A stretch of DNA of 30,520 nucleotides from a virus (IMGVR_UViG_3300014208_000021:1-30520); one strand, 5' to 3'; shown: positions 9,842-15,813, counted from the stretch's first letter. Made by a program: numbers and translations. The notes: generated from the sequence alone by a model not told the origin.

Positions 9842-9852
9842 CAATTCTACTT

Positions 9853-10080
9853 ATGGATATTGTAGAAGTTGGGGCCTTAGTTTTAGGCCTGACGCAAGTT
9901 TTAAAGGGGTTTATTCCAGAAAACCTACGCAATACGCTCACGCCGGTAGTTGCGGTCCTATTAGGGGCCTTTGCGAATTGCTACGTCGTAGGAAATTACG
10001 AACCCGCAACAGTCACAACTGGATTGATGTATGGTCTCACGGTTGCCGGTCTTTATAAAGTTCCAAATAAAACAATTTAA
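9853..10080 (+). CDS. Holin candidate
   Basis: 75 aa with 2-3 hydrophobic segments (VGALVLGLTQVL, PVVAVLLGAFANCYVV, GLMYGLTVAGLY) and a basic C-terminus. It is immediately downstream of the lysin. Confidence 0.6.
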   Translation: MDIVEVGALVLGLTQVLKGFIPENLRNTLTPVVAVLLGAFANCYVVGNYEPATVTTGLMYGLTVAGLYKVPNKTI

Positions 10081-10082
10081 AA

Positions 10083-10235
10083 ATGAATTTTAAAACTTTG
10101 ATTTTTTGGTTTTTAACTATTATCGAGGTTGCGCTTGGTGCATTATTTTTCATTGTTGCCACAACAGATTTTCATATTGGTTTAGGGCTTCTACTTTTAT
10201 GTGATGGCATAAAGCCAGTTTTGAAGCTAAAATAA
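10083..10235 (+). CDS. Small membrane protein (50 aa), below the ORF-track cutoff
   Basis: Hand-translated as MNFKTLIFWFLTIIEVALGALFFIVATTDFHIGLGLLLLCDGIKPVLKLK, stop TAA at 10233-10235. It has two hydrophobic segments. Confidence 0.45.
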   Translation: MNFKTLIFWFLTIIEVALGALFFIVATTDFHIGLGLLLLCDGIKPVLKLK

Positions 10236-10257
10236 TAGGGTTCGTAGAAAGGAGAGG

Positions 10258-10332
10258 CTCAAAAAGGAGATTAAGGATGTGAAGACCGCGGGAGGCGGGA
10301 GAAACGTTCACATCTTTAGCCTCCTTTTTGAG
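10258..10332 (+). terminator. Long hairpin at the end of the late operon (26-nt arms, 23-nt GC-rich loop). A probable terminator; other roles are possible.
   Basis: Left arm CTCAAAAAGGAGATTAAGGATGTGAA pairs with right arm TTCACATCTTTAGCCTCCTTTTTGAG. That gives 23 Watson-Crick pairs, 2 G-U pairs and 1 mismatch. It is followed by TTTTC. Confidence 0.5.
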
Positions 10333-10346
10333 TTTTCATCTAAAAA

Positions 10347-10518
10347 AGTTTTGCACAATTTATAAAATCTTTGTGCAAAAGTCGAAGGAAAGTTTTGCAC
10401 ATAGTCGTTTTAATCTCTCCATAAGGAATAAAAGATTTACACAAGTTTTGCACAAACAAAATCATATTTTATGTTATTCTATTTCTTAAAAGTGTTAAGT
10501 TGTGCACAAATGCACACC
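10347..10518. repeat. Cluster of TTTTGCACAA-type sites (operators or iterons)
   Basis: AGTTTTGCACAA at 10347-10358 and 10444-10455. AGTTTTGCACAT at 10391-10402. Inverted TTGTGCAAAA at 10371-10380. Degenerate TTTACACAA at 10435-10443. GTTGTGCACAAATGCACAC at 10499-10517. Confidence 0.6.
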
Positions 10519-10649
10519 CTCTACTACTACTAAATTTAATATAATTAAATAAATAAAATACTAGTAAATAACTAAAGAGATAATATTAACGTAAGAAATT
10601 TTTTTTTGTGTTGGTAGGCCAACCGGACATACTTAGAACTTAAAATAAC

Positions 10650-10677
10650 TTGACAATCATATTTATCTCGCTATAAT
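10650..10677 (+). promoter_or_regulatory. Near-consensus sigma70-type promoter (TTGACA, 16-nt spacer, TATAAT) for the early operon
   Basis: TTGACA at 10650-10655 and TATAAT at 10672-10677. It is preceded by ATAAC, as in the repeated motif. The ATG is at 10702. Confidence 0.65.
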
Positions 10678-10701
10678 TTCCTCACTTTTAAAAAATCTAT
10701 T

Positions 10702-10944
10702 ATGCCAAAAATTAAAGAAGGTTATGAGGTTTATGGGAGATTTTTGCCTGAGCGTATTCGCCAAGCCCGCAAGGAAGCAATGAAATCTCAAATACAAGTT
10801 GCCAAGTTTTGTGGGGTTTCAAGTAAGCAGGCTGTTTCTTTTTGGGAAAATGGTTTCTACCAACCAAGAGAAAGTAAAAAAATAAAACTTTGTAAACTTT
10901 TTAAGAAAAGCCCTGCGTATTTTTTTGGTACAAGTCAAGGTTAA
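10702..10944 (+). CDS. XRE/Cro-family helix-turn-helix regulator
   Basis: IRQARKEAMKSQIQVAKFCGVSSKQAVSFWENGFYQP fits the HTH_3 pattern (L..lR...g.sq..lA...gvs...vs.wE.G...P). It is the first gene after the operator-like cluster. Confidence 0.75.
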   Translation: MPKIKEGYEVYGRFLPERIRQARKEAMKSQIQVAKFCGVSSKQAVSFWENGFYQPRESKKIKLCKLFKKSPAYFFGTSQG

Positions 10945-10953
10945 ATCAAGGAT

Positions 10954-10988
10954 TAAACTTGACTATTTAGGTTGTGTTGATTTATACT
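10954..10988 (+). promoter_or_regulatory. Promoter candidate: TAAACTTGACT motif, 18-nt spacer, TATACT
   Basis: TTGACT at 10959-10964 and TATACT at 10983-10988. Confidence 0.5.
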
Positions 10989-11018
10989 TAGGCCATATTA
11001 TATTTTAATCTTATATTT

Positions 11019-11774
11019 ATGAATAAAGCAGTTGAGATTCATCCGGAGCCGATCTCCGCGGTGCAGGCCCCTGTTTCTTTCGCTTCGATTGTGACCGACC
11101 CGGCAAGACTTATGCAAAACGCGAAGTCTTTGGCTGATCAATTCACTAAAATTGTGGATACACAAAAAATGTACACGGCAATTTCGGGGAAAAAACATGT
11201 GCATGTTGATGGGTGGTCGATGATGGGTGTCCTTTTGGGTGTGTTCCCACATGTTGTTTCTACGGAGCGCGTCAATTCCGATGTCAATTTAACGAACGGA
11301 AAAAGAGAGGTTGCCTATAAGTCAACTGTTGCCATCCGGACGCTTGGCGGGCAAGAAATCACTCGCGTTGAATCGATATGTTCAAATGCGGAATTAAAAC
11401 GATCATCCAATGACGAATATTCTATTTTTTCAATGTCTCAAACAAGGGCCACAGGTAAAGCCTTCCGGATTGCTTTCGGTTGGATTGCACGCATGGCAGG
11501 ATACGATTCTACCCCATACGAAGAGGTTACAAAAGAAATGTACAAAGAAGAACCATCCCCGGCCCCAATTCATGTTATGGATGATTTAAAGGGAGAGATC
11601 GAGAAGTGTAAAACTATCGAAGAATACCGAAAGGCATGTGAGCGCGTAAGCAAATATGGAGCACAACTTAACGCAGACGACATTAAGGAAATACGCTCTG
11701 TTGCCACTAAAAAGAAAATAGAACTTGATAAAATTAAAGTTGACACTAAACCAGTAGAAGAAAAAAAATCATAA
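11019..11774 (+). CDS. Possible single-strand annealing / recombination protein (function uncertain)
   Basis: 251 aa, directly upstream of a PD-(D/E)xK nuclease, the usual exo/annealase pairing. The segment SMSQTRATGKAFRIAFGWIARMAGY is conserved-looking. I cannot place the family. Confidence 0.3.
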   Translation: MNKAVEIHPEPISAVQAPVSFASIVTDPARLMQNAKSLADQFTKIVDTQKMYTAISGKKHVHVDGWSMMGVLLGVFPHVVSTERVNSDVNLTNGKREVAYKSTVAIRTLGGQEITRVESICSNAELKRSSNDEYSIFSMSQTRATGKAFRIAFGWIARMAGYDSTPYEEVTKEMYKEEPSPAPIHVMDDLKGEIEKCKTIEEYRKACERVSKYGAQLNADDIKEIRSVATKKKIELDKIKVDTKPVEEKKS

Positions 11775-11776
11775 AT

Positions 11777-11813
11777 TAAACTTGACTATAATTATTCTTT
11801 CAAATTAGAATAA
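11777..11813 (+). promoter_or_regulatory. Promoter candidate: TAAACTTGACT motif, 18-nt spacer, TAGAAT, with an inverted repeat TTATTCT/AGAATAA
   Basis: TTGACT at 11782-11787 and TAGAAT at 11806-11811. The inverted-repeat arms are 11792-11798 and 11807-11813. Confidence 0.5.
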
Positions 11814-11839
11814 AATCATATTATTTAAAACCTCCTAAA

Positions 11840-12652
11840 ATGACTGAAATTGAGAATTTAATTAAAGAAAAAAAATACGTCGAGCTCGAGAAGGTACTTG
11901 AAAAATGTCGTTTTCAACCATACGCAGAGCGTAACTTTCATTTTATTACGTCCTCAAAACTTAAAGCCTTTGACCGTTGCCAGCTTTCTTATAAATACAA
12001 GTACATTGATCTTTTACCGGATAACACAGAGGAGCCGGATTATTTTATTGTTGGGACTGCGTTTGATGATCTGGTAACGTATGGGGTAGATGAGTGGAAA
12101 AATAAATACGAAACAGTTTCGCGCCGAAAAGATGATGCTACAAAAATACAACTCACGAATACTATGGCTCGTGAAATTTTACAGATGTTTGATGAGTACA
12201 AAGAGAATAAACTTTTCCATCATAACCCACAAAAAAAGGTTATGTTTTATGAGTTTGCCGGGTTCTGTTTAAAAATAGAAATGGATAGTTTTGACGGGAA
12301 AACAATCGTGGATTATAAAAGCACGGCGAATCTTTTAACCTTTAATCCTTCCGATTATGTTTTACAGGCCGCGTTTTATCAATGGATTGTGGAAGAGGTA
12401 ACAGGGGATAAACTCCCGGTGCGTTTAAATGTCCTAGACAAGTACAAAGATTTTTCACGATCTGAGGTGTGGGAATACCGAGGTGACACATTAAGTGAAG
12501 GGCGGGGCCGCATCCTTGGATTACTTGAGGAGATGAGGTCCGCGCATGACACTGGGATTTTTAAGGCTTCAAGCGACAAGAAAGTTCTTTATTCTTCTCC
12601 TTACTATGGATTTGAAGGATATGGAAGACAGGATGATATAAATTTTTATTAA
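11840..12652 (+). CDS. PD-(D/E)xK (RecB/Cas4-like) nuclease
   Basis: IEMDSFDGKTIVDYKS gives the D...D-Y-K motif. It is followed by QAAFYQW, the QxxxY motif typical of RecB-family nucleases. Confidence 0.65.
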   Translation: MTEIENLIKEKKYVELEKVLEKCRFQPYAERNFHFITSSKLKAFDRCQLSYKYKYIDLLPDNTEEPDYFIVGTAFDDLVTYGVDEWKNKYETVSRRKDDATKIQLTNTMAREILQMFDEYKENKLFHHNPQKKVMFYEFAGFCLKIEMDSFDGKTIVDYKSTANLLTFNPSDYVLQAAFYQWIVEEVTGDKLPVRLNVLDKYKDFSRSEVWEYRGDTLSEGRGRILGLLEEMRSAHDTGIFKASSDKKVLYSSPYYGFEGYGRQDDINFY

Positions 12653-12670
12653 ATTTTAAATAATTAAAAT

Positions 12671-13192
12671 ATGCAAAATTTACAACCGAGATTTATTTCA
12701 TTAGTCGAGATCGTAAAACAAAGCGGACTCGAACAAACAAAAGCTCAATACATTTTAGACAATTTTCAGGGGTATTTTGCACTCGCTTCTGAATGGGAAA
12801 AGAAAGCAAAGACAATCGTCGTCAAAGACGAGAGTCAAATTGTCGAGATGAAAATGGCTCGTGAAGCACGTTTATTTTTAAGAGAAAAAAGAATTGCTGT
12901 TGAAAACGAAAGAAAGAAACTCGAAGAAAAAGCAAGAAAGGAGGCCGAGGCACGGAAAGAAGCCGAAGCGGAAACAAACCGTTTGATTGAAGCACAAAAA
13001 GAGAAAGACCGCACGGAAAAAGAGGCCGCAAAACTTCTCGCAGACGAACAAAAGAAGATTGAAAAGATGAAAAAATATAAAGAGTTTCTAAACAAAAATG
13101 GATACTCGGAAGAGAATAAAAATGATTTTCAAATCATAAATACTGGCGATAAAATTATGCTTTTTAAAAAGGTTGATGAGCTTTTATTTTAA
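12671..13192 (+). CDS. Lys/Glu-rich coiled-coil protein, function unknown
   Basis: 173-aa ORF containing KKLEEKARKEAEARKEAEAETNRLIEAQKEKDRTEKEAAK. The nested minus-strand ORFs are mirror images of this low-complexity stretch. Confidence 0.7.
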   Translation: MQNLQPRFISLVEIVKQSGLEQTKAQYILDNFQGYFALASEWEKKAKTIVVKDESQIVEMKMAREARLFLREKRIAVENERKKLEEKARKEAEARKEAEAETNRLIEAQKEKDRTEKEAAKLLADEQKKIEKMKKYKEFLNKNGYSEENKNDFQIINTGDKIMLFKKVDELLF

Positions 13193-13209
13193 ATCTTTAA
13201 AATTTAATT

Positions 13210-13446
13210 ATGCCCTCCGAAAGAAACTCGTCCGCATTTAGTTTCAGACAAGGAAAGGTTTATAAATTCGGTACTCTTGAATTTGAAATTGTAGCATGTA
13301 CGCCATTTTTAATTTCTGGTTTAGCAAAGTTCGATTATGAAGAAAAGTGGGAAAAGTTTGAAGTGTGTTGCATGAAAGATCTTGATAGAGGAACCTTCAA
13401 GAAAAGAATTTTAAAAGGTTATCTTAATTTTAAAAAAGTTCTTTGA
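13210..13446 (+). CDS. Hypothetical protein
   Basis: 78-aa ORF, tightly packed after the preceding gene. Confidence 0.55.
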   Translation: MPSERNSSAFSFRQGKVYKFGTLEFEIVACTPFLISGLAKFDYEEKWEKFEVCCMKDLDRGTFKKRILKGYLNFKKVL

Positions 13447-13560
13447 AACAACGGTGGTGCGCGGACGTGTTGGAAAGGCTTTTTTTGTGCCTAACTTAGC
13501 CATCCCGCGTTAAATGACTTGAAGCCAACAATAGACGAGTCAGCCACCCAATTTTATTAT

Positions 13561-13678
13561 GCCACGGATGGCGGAATGCAAAGACGCTCAGCTCCTCGGA
13601 TTTATAGCCCGTATACCGCAAGTGCAAGGAGTGAAAAATATAATACATGCAGGTTCAAATCCTGCTCCGTGGCACCCA
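13561..13678 (+). ncRNA. tRNA-like structured RNA with a non-canonical core (not a standard tRNA)
   Basis: GCCACGGA (13561-13568) pairs perfectly with TCCGTGGC (13666-13673). The T-arm GCAGG-TTCAAAT-CCTGC (13649-13665) abuts the 3' strand. The 3' tail is A-CCCA. It lies in a 257-nt gap whose only ORF (13519-13761) looks spurious. Confidence 0.55.
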
Positions 13679-13703
13679 GTTTAAATCTTTTTAACCTAAT
13701 CTT

Positions 13704-13943
13704 ATGGATGAATTTTTTTCAACACAAGATATTTGTATGGCATCGACTCTCGTTTGTTTAGGCCATAAAATCGAGACGATTGATAAATCTAGACCAAAAT
13801 CAATTCATTTTCTCTTTTTGAATACAGGGAACGTGAGATCTGATGTGGTGAGATTTTGGGATGGTTTAGTACGAATTGAGCCAAAAGAATTTTGGAGTAC
13901 ATTTAGAAATATCAAAGGTCGTATAATGTCAAACTATGAATAA
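13704..13943 (+). CDS. Small protein resembling the DUF5659 family
   Basis: FSTQDICMASTLVCLGHKIETID...IHFLF......VVRFWDG...IEPKEFWSTFRNIKGRI matches my recollection of that family's pattern. The match is weak. Confidence 0.4.
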   Translation: MDEFFSTQDICMASTLVCLGHKIETIDKSRPKSIHFLFLNTGNVRSDVVRFWDGLVRIEPKEFWSTFRNIKGRIMSNYE

Positions 13944-14160
13944 AGATCAAGCTTTAAATATTATCCGAGAACTTATAAAAGATCGGAACATTGAGGCCTT
14001 ATCTGAGTTTGGCCGTAGGAATCCTTTTTTTATGTCTGCTTATGCCGATGTTTTAGGTGCTGAAATTAAAGCGCTCACGGCTCGTATGGAGTTGATCGCT
14101 CATGTTTTGACTTTTGCTTTGTCTACAAATGGACAGAAATCAAAAGAAAAAGAGGATTAA
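13936..14160 (+). CDS. Hypothetical protein
   Basis: 74-aa ORF overlapping the previous stop by 8 nt, which suggests operon coupling. Confidence 0.55.
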   Translation: MNKDQALNIIRELIKDRNIEALSEFGRRNPFFMSAYADVLGAEIKALTARMELIAHVLTFALSTNGQKSKEKED

Positions 14161-14176
14161 ATTTTAAAAATATTTT

Positions 14177-14386
14177 ATGAAAACCACTCGGGAAGTTTTT
14201 GAAAAGTACATAAGAGAGCAATGCGTCAATGGTCCGTGGGTAAAATATGGGCCACATGTTATTCGGTCGGCCCTTAAAAATACCGCGTGTACGAGTTACG
14301 AGAAATTCATCCAATGTTGTGAATATCACCAGAGGGCTAAAACTAAACTTGACTATAATTATAGAAAGGATATATCCTTGCCATAG
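14177..14386 (+). CDS. Hypothetical Cys-rich protein
   Basis: 69-aa ORF. Confidence 0.5.
   Translation: MKTTREVFEKYIREQCVNGPWVKYGPHVIRSALKNTACTSYEKFIQCCEYHQRAKTKLDYNYRKDISLP
14344..14379 (+). promoter_or_regulatory. TAAACTTGACT motif followed by the perfect 14-bp palindrome AAGGATATATCCTT
   Basis: TTGACT at 14349-14354. The palindrome at 14366-14379 covers the expected -10 region (TATATC at 14371-14376). Confidence 0.4.
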
Positions 14387-14407
14387 ATACTTTTTAATTT
14401 TTACGAA

Positions 14408-14584
14408 ATGCTTACATTAGACTTAGAAAAATGTCCCGCATGTGGTCATGACTGCGAGATCGTGGATTGCGATATTGATGTTTACCATCCTGACGGTTCA
14501 TTTTCTCCAACCGTAATTCATGAAATAGTTTGTAAAAACTGTAACCACGAGCAACCATGGGAACACACACCAGAGGAGGATTAA
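14408..14584 (+). CDS. Zinc-ribbon mini-protein (58 aa), below the ORF-track cutoff
   Basis: Hand-translated as MLTLDLEKCPACGHDCEIVDCDIDVYHPDGSFSPTVIHEIVCKNCNHEQPWEHTPEED. It has CxxC...CxxC and stops at TAA 14582-14584. Confidence 0.5.
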   Translation: MLTLDLEKCPACGHDCEIVDCDIDVYHPDGSFSPTVIHEIVCKNCNHEQPWEHTPEED

Positions 14585-14961
14585 ATTACTCCGAAGCTTT
14601 AAAATTCGCCGACACTTGGTTTTCTCGTTTTATTCGTATGCGAGACATACTAATCAGAGGAACTTGCATAACGTGTGATAAACCGATCGAATTTGAGACA
14701 TGCGATGCCGGGCATTGGATTGACCGGGGACGTATGTCAACACGTTTTCATCCATTAAATGTAAATGCACAATGTCGATATTGCAACAGGGCATGCGATG
14801 GTTTAGAAAAGCGCCATGGAAATAGGATAAAATTACTTTATGGAAAAAAGGCTTACGATGACTTGAAGGCGCTTAGGAACTCTGTTGCCCTTTATAAGTC
14901 AAAAGACCTTGAGCGGATTGGGGTTGAATTTAAGTCCCGTTATTTAGCAATGAAAAAGTAA
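14557..14961 (+). CDS. ninG: Lambda NinG/Rap-like recombination endonuclease
   Basis: ADTWFSRFIRMRD..CITC....CDAGHWIDRG....RFHPLNVNAQCRYCN parallels lambda NinG AVNAFIRERDRDLPCISCG...WDAGHY......RFNERNIHKQCVVCN. Confidence 0.75.
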   Translation: MGTHTRGGLNYSEALKFADTWFSRFIRMRDILIRGTCITCDKPIEFETCDAGHWIDRGRMSTRFHPLNVNAQCRYCNRACDGLEKRHGNRIKLLYGKKAYDDLKALRNSVALYKSKDLERIGVEFKSRYLAMKK

Positions 14962-14962
14962 T

Positions 14963-15190
14963 ATGAAAATACCAAGGCCAAAATTTAAACTCGGAGAACA
15001 GATTATTTTTAGAGATGTAGGCCGTAATGTTAGTGATTTTTTTAGGCAAGGTATTATTTTAAATGCTTCTTGCTATCCAAATGAGGAAGGAGTTTTGTGT
15101 TGGATTTATGGGGTGAGACATTCCGAGAGCGAGCAGTCTGTAAAATATATTTTGGAAAAACTTTTGATTAAAATTATTGATAAATTATGA
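14963..15190 (+). CDS. Hypothetical protein
   Basis: 75-aa ORF starting 2 nt after the ninG-like stop. Confidence 0.55.
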   Translation: MKIPRPKFKLGEQIIFRDVGRNVSDFFRQGIILNASCYPNEEGVLCWIYGVRHSESEQSVKYILEKLLIKIIDKL

Positions 15191-15576
15191 TATTTTACGG
15201 AGAAGTTATTAACGGAGTCGTAAAACTTTTTCATACTGATATTTGGAAAGAGTTTTTGAAATCAGTAGAAGGGAAAAAAATACAACTCGACGCATCTACG
15301 CGTAAGGAGACGCGCACGTCGCGCCAGCATCGTTATTTATTCGTTTATTATACAGAGATTTCCGAGGTAAGTGGATACTCAAAAGCAGAACTCCATGCCT
15401 TTTTTAAGAGAAAGTTTTTAGTCCCTGAGTATGTTCAGGTCTACGGAGAGATGATTGCAGTTGAGCCCAGCACAAAGAAGCTTTCAAAGGCTGAATTTTC
15501 CGAATATATTATAAGAATCCATGATTTTACTGGTATAACGCCACCTGAACCAGAGCATTTTTCATTAAAAATGTAA
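15187..15576 (+). CDS. ninB: Lambda NinB/Orf-like recombination mediator
   Basis: TRTSRQHRYLFVYYTEIS...G.S.AELH.FFK and STKKLSKAEFSEYIIRIHDF parallel lambda NinB RSLDQNRKLWACLGDVS and STSRMRVGEFAELLELIQAF. Confidence 0.55.
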   Translation: MIFYGEVINGVVKLFHTDIWKEFLKSVEGKKIQLDASTRKETRTSRQHRYLFVYYTEISEVSGYSKAELHAFFKRKFLVPEYVQVYGEMIAVEPSTKKLSKAEFSEYIIRIHDFTGITPPEPEHFSLKM

Positions 15577-15591
15577 TCATTAAACAAAAAT

Positions 15592-15625
15592 TAAACTTGA
15601 CTTAGTATCTATGTTCCTGTATTCT
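15592..15625 (+). promoter_or_regulatory. Promoter candidate: TAAACTTGACT motif, 17-nt spacer, TATTCT
   Basis: TTGACT at 15597-15602 and TATTCT at 15620-15625. Confidence 0.45.
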
Positions 15626-15660
15626 TTCCTTGTAACAATATTATTTTAAATGAAAACTTC

Positions 15661-15813
15661 ATGGGGGTCGATTATAGACAATATGTGAATAAAATAGCTA
15701 TCCGGGTTATGACACCAGAGCATATTGATGCGCGATTCAACGCCATCCGGAAGCACCGCAAGATTCCTTTCAACCTACAAAGCAAATGGCATTCACCTTT
15801 TAATAACCTTTAA
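15661..15813 (+). CDS. Hypothetical basic mini-protein (50 aa), below the ORF-track cutoff
   Basis: Hand-translated as MGVDYRQYVNKIAIRVMTPEHIDARFNAIRKHRKIPFNLQSKWHSPFNNL. It fills an otherwise empty 240-nt gap downstream of a promoter motif. Confidence 0.4.
   Translation: MGVDYRQYVNKIAIRVMTPEHIDARFNAIRKHRKIPFNLQSKWHSPFNNL

Noticed and set aside
10277-10282. ATG-TGA start-stop mini-ORF preceded by AAGGAG inside the big hairpin
   Set aside because: It is buried in a 26-bp stem, and the genome otherwise does not use SD sequences. It is most likely a by-product of the stem sequence. It is mentioned under the hairpin finding only.
10347-10518. CRISPR-like array
   Set aside because: The repeats are only 10-12 nt, occur in both orientations and have irregular 12-53 nt spacing. 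This is a binding-site cluster, not a CRISPR array.
10610-10636. T-run followed by the GTTGG-TAGG-CCAAC hairpin as a terminator
   Set aside because: On the + strand the T-run precedes the hairpin. On the - strand the hairpin would be followed by A residues. Neither orientation gives an intrinsic terminator, and there are no minus-strand genes.
13561-13678. Reading the element as a canonical tRNA, for example tRNA-Pro (CGG at 13597-13599) with a 27-nt insertion after position 37
   Set aside because: It needs a mismatched 4-bp anticodon stem, leaves a 15-nt unstructured 'variable' region, and has no GG in the D-loop and A instead of U at position 8. Bacterial tRNA introns are group I, which are much larger. 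I keep it only as an alternative to test.
13561-13678. tmRNA or tRNA-Sec interpretation
   Set aside because: For tmRNA, the element is far too short, it lacks the G3-U70 alanine identity pair (C-G here), and the only candidate tag (AKTLSSSDL) lacks the usual hydrophobic C-terminus. For tRNA-Sec, the 8/5 geometry fits, but there is no 6-bp D-stem and no UCA anticodon loop.
13519-13761. Track ORF of 80 aa covering the tRNA-like element
   Set aside because: It runs straight through the 8-bp helix and T-arm and overlaps the better ORF 13704-13943 in another frame. Its composition (MKPTIDESATQFYYATDGGMQRRSAPRIYSPYTASARSEKYNTCRFKSCS...) does not look like a real protein. I treat it as an artefact of the structured RNA.
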